Under the pieces are notes generated by a model, which had not been told where the DNA came from, searched no databases, and saw only the letters and a program-made list of their open reading frames with translations. Below are positions 17,860 to 26,765 of a DNA stretch of 64,000 bases, piece after piece. The DNA lies in the IMG/VR virus record IMGVR_UViG_3300006358_000001; one strand, given 5' to 3'. A program made the position numbers and the translations under genes. This DNA is from an uncultured virus (IMG/VR IMGVR_UViG_3300006358_000001) (lineage: Duplodnaviria > Heunggongvirae > Uroviricota > Caudoviricetes). How positions within the stretch are numbered: position 1 is the stretch's first letter; every line of letters starts with the position of its first letter.

Positions 17860-18030
17860 TCACCTGCGCAGCGGTGCGCCGAACACCTGCCAGCCGAGAA
17901 GCACGAACAGCACGAACAGCAGCAAGGTGCCGCCGACCACGCCGTATCCTCCAGCCATGCCGAAGTGCACGAGCAATCCGAACACGAACCAGACCAGCAT
18001 CAGAATCCAATAGGCGAGACCGAGAGTCAT
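17860..18030 (-). CDS. Small two-TM protein, holin candidate
   Basis: Two hydrophobic helices, GAGGAG RBS, near the endolysin. Confidence 0.6.
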   Translation of the reverse strand: MTLGLAYWILMLVWFVFGLLVHFGMAGGYGVVGGTLLLFVLFVLLGWQVFGAPLRR

Positions 18031-18104
18031 GGCAGTCCTCCTCTGAAGGAACATGTTTCAACGCGCGACGTTTCCATCCGCTACCCATTCAACCCAAGGA
18101 GCGA

Positions 18105-18320
18105 ATGATGACTGTATCTCACGACAGCGTGCAACAGATTAACCAGTTGCTCGACCGGATCGTTCAGGTCAAAGACAGCCCGGAAGCAATCTCTCAGGCC
18201 GTCGAGAACGTGAAGGCGAAGGTCTCGCAGTTGGTGTCTGACGCATCGGCGCAAGCCAAGCAGGCTTCACCGACCGGCCAGCATCCGGAGCGAGACGAGA
18301 AGAACGACAAGCGCAAGTAA
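18105..18320 (+). CDS. Small hypothetical protein, opposite strand to the late operon
   Basis: AAGGAG RBS before the ATG. Confidence 0.55.
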   Translation: MMTVSHDSVQQINQLLDRIVQVKDSPEAISQAVENVKAKVSQLVSDASAQAKQASPTGQHPERDEKNDKRK

Positions 18321-18321
18321 G

Positions 18322-19281
18322 CTATCCCTTGAACGGATAGATCACCTCGACCTCGTCGTCGGTCTCGATCCCAAGGTCAGCCATAAGGCCCGGTGAGAGA
18401 TCGGCGGCGCGTCCCGTCTTCTCCTCGTGCGGTCCCCAGTCAGCCGGGAATGCGGTCAACTCGACGCCGGTCTTCAGCGCACGAACGAGCGCGACGTTCT
18501 CCAGTAATGTTTCTTTGGGAGTCCGGTCGTAGTCCCAGCGACAAGCGACATAGTGGACGAACGGATTTAATTTCCGCGCGAGTCCCATGCCCTCGGTGCC
18601 GGGCGTTCCTTCAGGCAGGAAGAGATGCGGAGCGTCCTGCACGTCAAATATAAATGCGAGCCCTTCGTCCTCCGCGACTCCGGTGTCGTCGGGTCCACCG
18701 AATTGGCTGCACGTGCCGATGGCGTGGAAGGATGCATCATCAGGCGGGATCGGTTCGAGATCGGTCTCCTCGCCGCCGAGTTCATCGGCCAGCGCTTTGA
18801 TGATGTCCTCAAATCTCTCCTCGTACACTTCACAGTCGGTCTCGGAATCAACGAAGCAGATTTCCGCCAGTATCGCCGGAGCTTCAGTTGAGTTGAGAAA
18901 TTTCAAATCGGTCCGCTTCTTCGCACCGCGATTGATCAGGCCACACGACGCGACAGCGGCAGACATCTCCGACGCGAGCGCGTGCTGCGTGACGTAGAGC
19001 ATCTCGACTCCACGACCTTGCTCGCAGGGCTCGTAGGCATTGAAGTGGATCGAGATCGCGAGATCGCACTCAATCGAGTTGTGCCAGTCGCAGATGGCCG
19101 ACAAATTCTCTGACTGCGAGTCCGAAGTGTTATCGTGATAGGTGTGCACCTCGATGCCGCGCTCTTCCAGTTCGATGGCGAGCGCATCGACGACGCGGCG
19201 AGCTTCCTCAACTTCGTTCAATATTCCTACGGCACCTTGTACCTTGGCTCCGTGTCCTGAACTCAGAGTGATCGTCGTCAT
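18322..19281 (-). CDS. Endolysin: N-acetylmuramoyl-L-alanine amidase (Amidase_3) plus a second domain
   Basis: SSGHG, E, SIHFNA, PAILAEICFVD; C-terminal DWGP...AADLSPG. Confidence 0.88.
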   Translation of the reverse strand: MTTITLSSGHGAKVQGAVGILNEVEEARRVVDALAIELEERGIEVHTYHDNTSDSQSENLSAICDWHNSIECDLAISIHFNAYEPCEQGRGVEMLYVTQHALASEMSAAVASCGLINRGAKKRTDLKFLNSTEAPAILAEICFVDSETDCEVYEERFEDIIKALADELGGEETDLEPIPPDDASFHAIGTCSQFGGPDDTGVAEDEGLAFIFDVQDAPHLFLPEGTPGTEGMGLARKLNPFVHYVACRWDYDRTPKETLLENVALVRALKTGVELTAFPADWGPHEEKTGRAADLSPGLMADLGIETDDEVEVIYPFKG

Positions 19282-19290
19282 TGCTGACTC

Positions 19291-20844
19291 CTATTGTAAG
19301 CCACCCCATCGATCTTCAAATGATGCTGGCGGTTCTGCGGCTGCTGGTGGCGGCGCTGCATCACCCAACTTTGCGAACTGATCCTTCCACTGCTGCGGCG
19401 GATCGATCTTGCGCTTCTCGTACCACGCCTTCGCTGCGCGGATGTCGCGCTCGCTTGGATCGTTGTTATTCCAGTAGCCCCAGTATTTATCACCCGGCGC
19501 TCGACCGGGAATCATATCGTTCTCTGCACGCGAGGCGATGTACTTCTCATCCTCGCTCCCCTGATCGGCCTTCGCCTTCGCCGCCTTCGCGTCTTCCTCA
19601 GCCTTCTTGTTGGCGGCTTCTTCCTCCGGCGTCTTCCTGTGCCAATTATAATCGCCTTGCACCGGCTGGAAGTGCTGCACGTTGCAGCGCGTGGTGTAGC
19701 CGACGCCTCGCGTGTAGTTGTGCTCAGCTTCCGAGACGTAGTAGGTGCCGTTGACACCCGGTCGAGCACCAGTGAGCGTGAGATTGCAGTGCGCGTGCGC
19801 ACGCGGCTCGCCATTGAGAAGCACCCAGCCTTGGCCGCGCTTCGACTCGCTGTCGCCCTTCATGCCGCCGACGTTCTGCCCGCCCTCGATCTTGCCGATC
19901 ACAGCGCCGACGGTCTGCGCGATGGACTTGGCATCGCCGAACGGTCCGGTGCCGCCGATCTTGCCCTCCGCCTTCTCCCAGTTCGCTGCGTTGAAGTCGA
20001 AGAACCGCGCAGCGCCGCCGCCGTATTGAGGACGACCGGAGAACGGCTTGATGCGCCAGCCGATCAGGTTGACGCCCCACACCGCTTCGATGCCGAACAT
20101 CACGTCGCCATCAGCATTGACGCCCTCGCCCTTGCCGACCAGCGTCGCGATCCCGTTGTTGATCGAGAAGATGCCGCCGGTCTCACGCGCGATGCGCTCG
20201 CCGAAGTTCTGTGCGCTCTCGTTCGCCGCCTGCCAGAAGTCGCGCTTCAGCGCCTTCATGCCGGGCGATAGCTTGAACTGCAGACCGGCGTTGCCGAACA
20301 CCTTGCCAGCGATCTCTTCGAGCTTGTGCTTGCCCTCGCCAGCCTGTTGCGAGTCATCCTTCTTGCCTTCGCCGACTGTGACGTTCTGTTGCTCCTTCGC
20401 CTTTCCCTTGGTATTGCCGCCGGTCCCGCTGATCCACAGCCTGCGACCGCCGCCCTTCCTGCCGAAGCCGCTCTCCACCTCCGACACCCAGCCAGCGAAC
20501 ACGACTTCGAGTCCCGGTCCGCCCCACCGCATCTCCTTCTGAATGAGTTCAGCCGTGATCGCGGGATCGTCCTGCATCGAGTTGGCACCGCGACCGAAGT
20601 CGATCACGCGCGGACCTTCGCCGGACCAGCCCAGCATCACCGTCAGCGGCACGCCATCCGGCGGAATCGCAAGCTCGCAGTTGCGATCATCGACCTCGAT
20701 GTGCGCTTGGCTGTGACCGCCTTCGACGCTGTCGATCACCTGCACGGAGATCAGGTACGGATTGAGTCTCTCAGTCACGTCCTGCATGCCGTGCACGATG
20801 ATCTTGCACGCGGCGTGACGGCGCGGACCTTGATGCTCGACCAT
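19291..20844 (-). CDS. P2 gpD-like baseplate hub / late control protein
   Basis: DVTERL, QAANESAQNF, GARPGVNGTY...EH; follows gpU and gpX. Confidence 0.82.
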   Translation of the reverse strand: MVEHQGPRRHAACKIIVHGMQDVTERLNPYLISVQVIDSVEGGHSQAHIEVDDRNCELAIPPDGVPLTVMLGWSGEGPRVIDFGRGANSMQDDPAITAELIQKEMRWGGPGLEVVFAGWVSEVESGFGRKGGGRRLWISGTGGNTKGKAKEQQNVTVGEGKKDDSQQAGEGKHKLEEIAGKVFGNAGLQFKLSPGMKALKRDFWQAANESAQNFGERIARETGGIFSINNGIATLVGKGEGVNADGDVMFGIEAVWGVNLIGWRIKPFSGRPQYGGGAARFFDFNAANWEKAEGKIGGTGPFGDAKSIAQTVGAVIGKIEGGQNVGGMKGDSESKRGQGWVLLNGEPRAHAHCNLTLTGARPGVNGTYYVSEAEHNYTRGVGYTTRCNVQHFQPVQGDYNWHRKTPEEEAANKKAEEDAKAAKAKADQGSEDEKYIASRAENDMIPGRAPGDKYWGYWNNNDPSERDIRAAKAWYEKRKIDPPQQWKDQFAKLGDAAPPPAAAEPPASFEDRWGGLQ

Positions 20845-21155
20845 TACTCTGGCTCACCTGTAGCGAACGGCGTCGTGCCCTGCGTCATGTGACCTTCAGG
20901 CGTTGTGCCCCACAGCACGATGCTGTTCTTCGGCTGCGGCGATCCGCTCATCGCTTCATAGTCAATCGGGATGCGCACCTGCGTGCCCACCGGGAGAAAT
21001 GGCGAGTAGCGATGCACCTTGGCGAGGTGCGGATTGTGGTCGAGCATTAGCTCGATCATCTTCGATGCGCGGTTGCGATACCTGCGCCACAGGATGATGT
21101 CGGCGGTGATGTAGTCCGACCCGACGGTGACGACGTCGTAACTGGTAACGGTCAT
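20844..21155 (-). CDS. P2 gpX-like tail protein
   Basis: DIILWRRY...NPHLA...LPVGTQVRIP. Confidence 0.85.
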   Translation of the reverse strand: MTVTSYDVVTVGSDYITADIILWRRYRNRASKMIELMLDHNPHLAKVHRYSPFLPVGTQVRIPIDYEAMSGSPQPKNSIVLWGTTPEGHMTQGTTPFATGEPE

Positions 21156-21772
21156 GCCGATGTCATCCCATCGCTGTTGCTGGCGCTGTTTCCGGCAGCA
21201 CCCGAATCATAAATCTGAATGATGCCCATCGCCGGATCGTTCGGGATCGGCACGCGCTGAAACTGCGCCTCGAAGTCGATCTGCTGACCGATGCCGTCGC
21301 GATGGATGTGGCTGTGCGCACGGTTCAGGTTCTCGATGACGTACCAGCCGAAGTGCCAACCGTCACCACGGATCAGGATGTGAGCCTGACCAAGCCTGCG
21401 CATGTTGTCGAGCACGTCGAGATGCATCAAGCCGCCAGCGGATGGGAAGCCGCCGGTCTGTTCTCTCAGCATCGCTGTCTCAGGATCGATGGACGCGCCC
21501 GACGAGTCGTAGACTGGCTGGCGAATGTCGCGACGCCTGCCAGTTGATGGATCGACAGAGCGCCGCATCTGGCGAGCGAACCAGTGCGGAAAGACGCGGC
21601 CCTTCACCGTGATCATCTCCTCACCCTCGCCGACCCACTCTCGATAGAGAGCGGCTCCGGCAATCTCCTTCTTGGCCCATTCTGAAGCCGTGTGGTGCGC
21701 GTAGTCATTCACGCTCAGCGGAAACACCTGAAACTGAATCGGTCCCCACTGGAAGAGAACTGGGTTCGCCAT
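21152..21772 (-). CDS. P2 gpU-like tail protein
   Basis: LFQWGPIQF, EWVGEG, RGDGWHFGWYVIE. Confidence 0.85.
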   Translation of the reverse strand: MANPVLFQWGPIQFQVFPLSVNDYAHHTASEWAKKEIAGAALYREWVGEGEEMITVKGRVFPHWFARQMRRSVDPSTGRRRDIRQPVYDSSGASIDPETAMLREQTGGFPSAGGLMHLDVLDNMRRLGQAHILIRGDGWHFGWYVIENLNRAHSHIHRDGIGQQIDFEAQFQRVPIPNDPAMGIIQIYDSGAAGNSASNSDGMTSA

Positions 21773-24700
21773 TATGCAACTCCGATATCGCCGTGAGAAT
21801 TCTGCCGCGCCTTGCGCATCTCGACGTCAGCCTGACGCTCCATCGACGCGCGAGCGAATTGCATGCTGGCGTCGTTGACCTTGAGGTTCACGTTGACGTC
21901 GCGCTGGGTCATGAGGAGATCATCCGACGGTCGCGTCTTCGGTTTGTCGCCTTCGCCCTTCAGTGCCTTCACCTCGTCGCGGTGATCCTCCATCTTCCGA
22001 TTGTTGTCGGCATCCGGAACGAACGAGCGAGTCTTCGGCTTCTCAGCTTCAGCGACGGCCTTCTTCTCTTGCTCTGCCGACCGCGCTCGCGCCTCTTGCA
22101 CCTCGCGCTGACGCTGGGCAATGCCGACGCTCTGGCCACCGCCAATGCCCCATCGACGACGCCAATCAGCATTGACGCCGCCTTCCCACGAGCCAGCCGC
22201 CATCCTGCCGGGACCGGCCAAGTCCTGATGCATCGTATCCATCGCGCCATAGACGCGATCCTTGCCGGTGCGCGGGTCTTTGCCCAGAGCGCCGGAGAAG
22301 TATCCGCCGAAGCGATGACGCGCAGCGAGATCAGGCCGCGACTTCTGCAGCGCGGTGTGGGTGTCCTGCGCGAACTGTTCGTACTGCTTGAAATACTTCG
22401 GGTCCTGATAGTTCGGCATCGAGTTGCCTTCAGGATCGATCAGGCGGAAGTCGGTCGCCGCTCGACCGGAGTGCGGACCCTTGTTGCGTTCGCCGGAGTA
22501 GGCTTCGACGCGCCAGCCCTTCGGCAGGTTCTTCGATGCCTCTGCAGCAGCCGCGACCAGTGCGGTGCGGTTCGGATCGCGGTTGCGATAGTTGCCGACC
22601 GTCGTCAGCCGCGCCTTCGCATCGGGATCGATACCAGCCGCCGCTGTCTCAGTCGGCTTGCCCTGAAGCTCTGGCGGCAGCACCGTTGCCGACGTGCCCG
22701 GCTGTGCTGGCAAGCCCGGAGGAGTCTGGATGCCGCCCGCTACTTGCGCAGCTTGCGGTTCGACCTGTGGTTTGCCTCGCTGTGCATTAACCCACCCTCC
22801 AGTGCCCGGCTGAACACCAAACATGTTGCCGCCGTACTGGGTCATCGTCTTCGCGTTAAAGTTCGGGTCGCCTTCCATTCCTTGATCGGTGGCGTAATTG
22901 ATTCTGTTGGACCCGCCAGAGAACACGTCCTTGCTGGCCTTGTCCCACGCCTTCTGCTTCTCGTCGGTCCACGCGCCGTAGTAAGCATCACGTTCATGCG
23001 GCTTCAATGGACCTGAACCGGGATCACGGTGGAAGCGACGAAGCGGACCATAGAACTGTCTCTGGCCGTGAGCTTCCACGACCTGTTGCAGGGTCTTGTG
23101 TCTGGACGCTGCGTAGTTCGACATCTGCTCCAAGTTGGCACCGATGTTCTTCATGCCGCCTTCAGCCTGAAGCGTTCGGAATATCTTCTGCTGATTCTTG
23201 GGGTCCTTCATCCATTCGGCATTGGCTTGTTGAATGCGCGTCTTCATCACGTCTGCGTTGACGCGCTTCCCTTTGAAGTCTCCCGATGCTCCCGATGCCG
23301 TAGCACCGCCTATCGGCTGGCCGGTTGTCGTCGTAGTCGGAGCCTGCGTAGAATCCGGCGCTTGGCTGTCATCAGTGCGACCGTTTCCCGTTCGACCTCG
23401 TTGGCCTTCATCGTAAGGTCGTGCGAGGTCTGTGCCGCCGCCGTATCCCGTGCCACCTCCGCCCGTCGGACCAGCCTGATCATAGACACCAGTATTGAGA
23501 CCAGACGAACCGAATCCGCCACCACCCGCGCCGCCGCCACCGCCCGGATGATAAGAGGCCGACAGATACTTCGCATCCATACTGCTTCCATAACCGCCGC
23601 CTTGCTCCTTCGCGATTGCCTTTGCGATCTTCGTTGCGTTGTCTTCTCCGGTGAACGACGCGTTCTGAATGTTCGGATCGCGACGACGTTGAGCGCTGAA
23701 CTCCGTCGAGCCGCTGGTGCCGCCGCGACCCGGCACATAGTTGATCTTCTCTCGCACCGCGCCGCCCGGTCGCTGGCCGACGCTGTAATTCTGTTCGATG
23801 CCGTGAGGAGTGCCGGGCGTCAACGGCATGTTCTCGTAAGGCGTCACCGGCTCCGTCGATAGCGGCACACCTGCTTTCTCTTGGGGATAGTAGTGCTCGC
23901 GAAGTTTCTCGACTCCTTTGCCAGCGAGGGCAGCGCCGGGAAGTGGAGCATGCTTCAGTATGCCGATTCCGATATCGCTCGCGCTACGCGCCATCTCCTC
24001 CTTCGTCTTCGGCCACCACGGCGGCAATTCAAATCGCTTCAGCGACTCGAATAGCGAGATCAAACGCTCCGCAGTCTTCGCGATGCCGCCGAGAATGTCG
24101 GCGAACCTCTGGATGACCCATGTGACACCGAACGCGTCAAGCAGATGGCCGATCTCCTTCACCAGCGCTCCGATTGAATTGGTCAATCGGGCAACGGCAA
24201 CATCGGGACTGTCCAGCATATTCTCCGACTTGGCGAGGCCACCCATCGCGGAGTTCGTCTTGTCGATCTCGCCGCCAAGCTCCAAGAGGTCGCGCTGGAA
24301 TTGGCGAACGACGCGCGAGTCCTTGGAGCCAGCCGCCGCCAATATCTCGTGCTGCTTGGTGGACTTCGCGAACTGGTTCATGATCCAAGCCATCGGACTG
24401 CCTTCCGACTTGGCCTTCTCCAGATTGCGGAGCATCTCTTCGACCGGCATGTTGATGGCGTCGGCGAATCCCTTATCGCCGCGCATCGCCTTCTCCATCA
24501 GGTTGGAGATGATCCTGATCGACTCCTGCGTATTGCTCGTCGCCTTGTTGGCAACGCCGACGTAGGTCGCCATCTCGCCGAAGCCCTTGGCACCGTGATA
24601 GCCCGCCGCAGCCATCGACTCCATGATGCGTGCACCATTCGCGCCCATCACATTCCAATCGATTTGGAATTTGTCGCCGGTGTGAACGATGGACTCCAGT

Positions 24701-25428
24701 ACCTTCTTGTAGTCGCTTGCCGGGATCGACATGATGCGCATGGCATCGCCAGCGACATCAGCCATCTTCATGAGGTCTGCGTTCGCGCCCTTGGCGTAGA
24801 CCGCGATGTCCGGAAACATCTTCTTCGCTTGATCGGGCGGGAGATGACTCTTGTCGAGGAAATTCCTGAATGCTGCGCTCACGACGTTGACGTTGTCGCC
24901 GGTCTTCATGGCGACTTCGTCGAACATCTCGCCGAAGGATTCGATCTCGGAGCGCGTGCCGCCGATAGAGTTCTGCAGACGACGCAGCCCGGTGTCGAAT
25001 TCTGCGAACGCCATGTAGCCGCGACGCATCGTCTCCAGCGCAGCGGCAACGCTCAGACCCTTCACAGCCATCGCAGCCAGTGCGCCAGCGGCTTCACCAG
25101 CCATCGTTGCGATTGGGCCAATGGCAGCGCCGCCCTTGCCGCCAGTTTCTGCAATAGCTTTACCGGCTGCAAGCGCCGCCTTCTGCGCCTTGCTCAAGGC
25201 CTTTGCGGTCTCGTCGAAGTGCTTGATCTCCTCTTCCATGGTGGTGCCATGGGCCTTCGCGAGCTTCTCCAAGTCCTTGACCAGAACAGTAACGCCTCTG
25301 GAGTTCTGGTGGTACTGAGCCTGAACCTCCTTATGAAGGCTGGCGAAGTTCGCCTTCGCCTGATTGATGGCTTGCTCAGTGTCGTCCTCAGCACTGATGA
25401 TCAGTGTCTTCTTGTTCTCGTCGGCCAT
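21772..25428 (-). CDS. Tape measure protein with C-terminal putative cell-wall hydrolase domains
   Basis: 1218 aa, Ala-rich helical N-terminal half; lies between the chaperone and gpU. Confidence 0.85.
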   Translation of the reverse strand: MADENKKTLIISAEDDTEQAINQAKANFASLHKEVQAQYHQNSRGVTVLVKDLEKLAKAHGTTMEEEIKHFDETAKALSKAQKAALAAGKAIAETGGKGGAAIGPIATMAGEAAGALAAMAVKGLSVAAALETMRRGYMAFAEFDTGLRRLQNSIGGTRSEIESFGEMFDEVAMKTGDNVNVVSAAFRNFLDKSHLPPDQAKKMFPDIAVYAKGANADLMKMADVAGDAMRIMSIPASDYKKVLESIVHTGDKFQIDWNVMGANGARIMESMAAAGYHGAKGFGEMATYVGVANKATSNTQESIRIISNLMEKAMRGDKGFADAINMPVEEMLRNLEKAKSEGSPMAWIMNQFAKSTKQHEILAAAGSKDSRVVRQFQRDLLELGGEIDKTNSAMGGLAKSENMLDSPDVAVARLTNSIGALVKEIGHLLDAFGVTWVIQRFADILGGIAKTAERLISLFESLKRFELPPWWPKTKEEMARSASDIGIGILKHAPLPGAALAGKGVEKLREHYYPQEKAGVPLSTEPVTPYENMPLTPGTPHGIEQNYSVGQRPGGAVREKINYVPGRGGTSGSTEFSAQRRRDPNIQNASFTGEDNATKIAKAIAKEQGGGYGSSMDAKYLSASYHPGGGGGAGGGGFGSSGLNTGVYDQAGPTGGGGTGYGGGTDLARPYDEGQRGRTGNGRTDDSQAPDSTQAPTTTTTGQPIGGATASGASGDFKGKRVNADVMKTRIQQANAEWMKDPKNQQKIFRTLQAEGGMKNIGANLEQMSNYAASRHKTLQQVVEAHGQRQFYGPLRRFHRDPGSGPLKPHERDAYYGAWTDEKQKAWDKASKDVFSGGSNRINYATDQGMEGDPNFNAKTMTQYGGNMFGVQPGTGGWVNAQRGKPQVEPQAAQVAGGIQTPPGLPAQPGTSATVLPPELQGKPTETAAAGIDPDAKARLTTVGNYRNRDPNRTALVAAAAEASKNLPKGWRVEAYSGERNKGPHSGRAATDFRLIDPEGNSMPNYQDPKYFKQYEQFAQDTHTALQKSRPDLAARHRFGGYFSGALGKDPRTGKDRVYGAMDTMHQDLAGPGRMAAGSWEGGVNADWRRRWGIGGGQSVGIAQRQREVQEARARSAEQEKKAVAEAEKPKTRSFVPDADNNRKMEDHRDEVKALKGEGDKPKTRPSDDLLMTQRDVNVNLKVNDASMQFARASMERQADVEMRKARQNSHGDIGVA

Positions 25429-25441
25429 TCAGGGAATCCCC

Positions 25442-25864
25442 TTACGGTTCGTCGTCGCCGAGATCAAAGCCGACGTCACTGGGCAGCGGCTCGCCCGGCC
25501 CCTGCGGCGTCTCTTCGTCGGCTGGCACTTCAACCTCCCGCACGATCATGTCTTCCAGCGGTCGCTTCAGCGGCACGTTGCCCTGCACGATGTCGTTGCG
25601 TATTTCCTGCGGGATGTTGGACATGAAGGCTTCCATCACGCGATCCGCATCCGGATATCGAAGCTCGCGCAGCACAGCCTCATCGACACCGGCAAGCTCA
25701 GTCATTAGCTCGACCATGCTTTGCCAGCGGCGATCCTGCCAGAGCAACAGATGCCCGAACTTGAAGGCGCTGAAGGTGATGCTGTCCACCCTCTTGCCGT
25801 TGTACTCGAACGGAATGAACAGATGGACGGTGCGACCGCCCAGTTTATCAGTCGCGATGGCCAT
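25442..25864 (-). CDS. Tail assembly chaperone (gpE-like)
   Basis: Lies between tube and tape measure; LAGVDEAVLRELRYPDADRV. Confidence 0.7.
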   Translation of the reverse strand: MAIATDKLGGRTVHLFIPFEYNGKRVDSITFSAFKFGHLLLWQDRRWQSMVELMTELAGVDEAVLRELRYPDADRVMEAFMSNIPQEIRNDIVQGNVPLKRPLEDMIVREVEVPADEETPQGPGEPLPSDVGFDLGDDEP

Positions 25865-25915
25865 GCGAATCCTCTCCCTGCCGGTAGCGCATCCGGCAGG
25901 AAGATCGCCGTGGCG

Positions 25916-26077
25916 TCAATGGTGTATCCAGATGGTGATGACGTTCTCGCCGCGATCTATCCGCTGATCGACGAACTCGATGTCCTCGTGCCCACCTGCA
26001 CCATCGCGATCAGCGACCACGACGCGCTTCTTCTCGTCGTGGCGCTGAAGCTCTTCGATCAATTCCTTGACCGTCAT
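25916..26077 (-). CDS. Small protein absent from the ORF track (53 aa, MTVKELIEELQRHDEKKRVVV...)
   Basis: Translated by hand; ATG overlaps the tube TGA. Confidence 0.65.
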   Translation of the reverse strand: MTVKELIEELQRHDEKKRVVVADRDGAGGHEDIEFVDQRIDRGENVITIWIHH

Positions 26078-26667
26078 CAGGCGTTGCTAACCGGGTTGGC
26101 CGGGATCGCAAGCAGGCGCACCATATCGTCGGTGAGCATGTTGTCGCCGATGCCGAGCGACGTGGTGAAGAAGTCCCACCAGAAGATTTGCTGGAAGCCG
26201 CCTTCACTGACCATCATGTTCAGTTCGTAGTGCACGATGTTCTTGATCGAATACTCGTGGTGCATCAGCGTGCCCTTCGAGAACGCGGTCGGATTGACGC
26301 GACCGAGACGACCCTCGATCACGGCAACAGCCTGCAGCGCCGCCGACGTGCGCCGATCACGGATCAAGCCGTAAGCGGTGAAGCGGTGGTACTGCACATC
26401 CTCCTGTCCGAGAAACGACATCACGAGCGGGTCCCAACCTGCGAGGTTGAACGTCGCTTCGAGCTTGTTGATGTGCGTCGGAATCTCGATGCCGACCGGC
26501 GCACCGGCTGGCGTGTGATCGACGTAGTTCTCTTCCCACGTCGGCAGCTTCAACTCTTGCAGCACGAGATGGGTGGAGATGCCCGGCATCGTGCTTGCGC
26601 CAGTGCCGACGGCATCGCCGCAAATCAGGTTCGCACTCTCCATCACGTAGATGGTTTGGTTCGCCAT
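26077..26667 (-). CDS. Tail tube protein (P2 FII-like)
   Basis: ELKLP, KLEATF, EGRLG, YEL; follows the sheath. Confidence 0.85.
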   Translation of the reverse strand: MANQTIYVMESANLICGDAVGTGASTMPGISTHLVLQELKLPTWEENYVDHTPAGAPVGIEIPTHINKLEATFNLAGWDPLVMSFLGQEDVQYHRFTAYGLIRDRRTSAALQAVAVIEGRLGRVNPTAFSKGTLMHHEYSIKNIVHYELNMMVSEGGFQQIFWWDFFTTSLGIGDNMLTDDMVRLLAIPANPVSNA

Positions 26668-26765
26668 GTTGAAATCCCTTCTTCAGTTGGTCTTGAAGGA
26701 CCGGCGCTTACAGTCGCCGCTACAGTTTGAAGCACGTCAGTTCGTGCTGTCCGCCAAGCTCCGGG

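Noticed and set aside
25429..25864. P2 E/E'-type programmed frameshift in the tail chaperone
   Set aside because: Only 13 bp separate the chaperone stop from the tape measure start, and I saw no convincing slippery site.
26668..26765. Hammerhead ribozyme (CTGAAGA on the minus strand next to hairpins)
   Set aside because: No correctly placed GAAA or stem II/III, and the adjacent stem is offset from the core.
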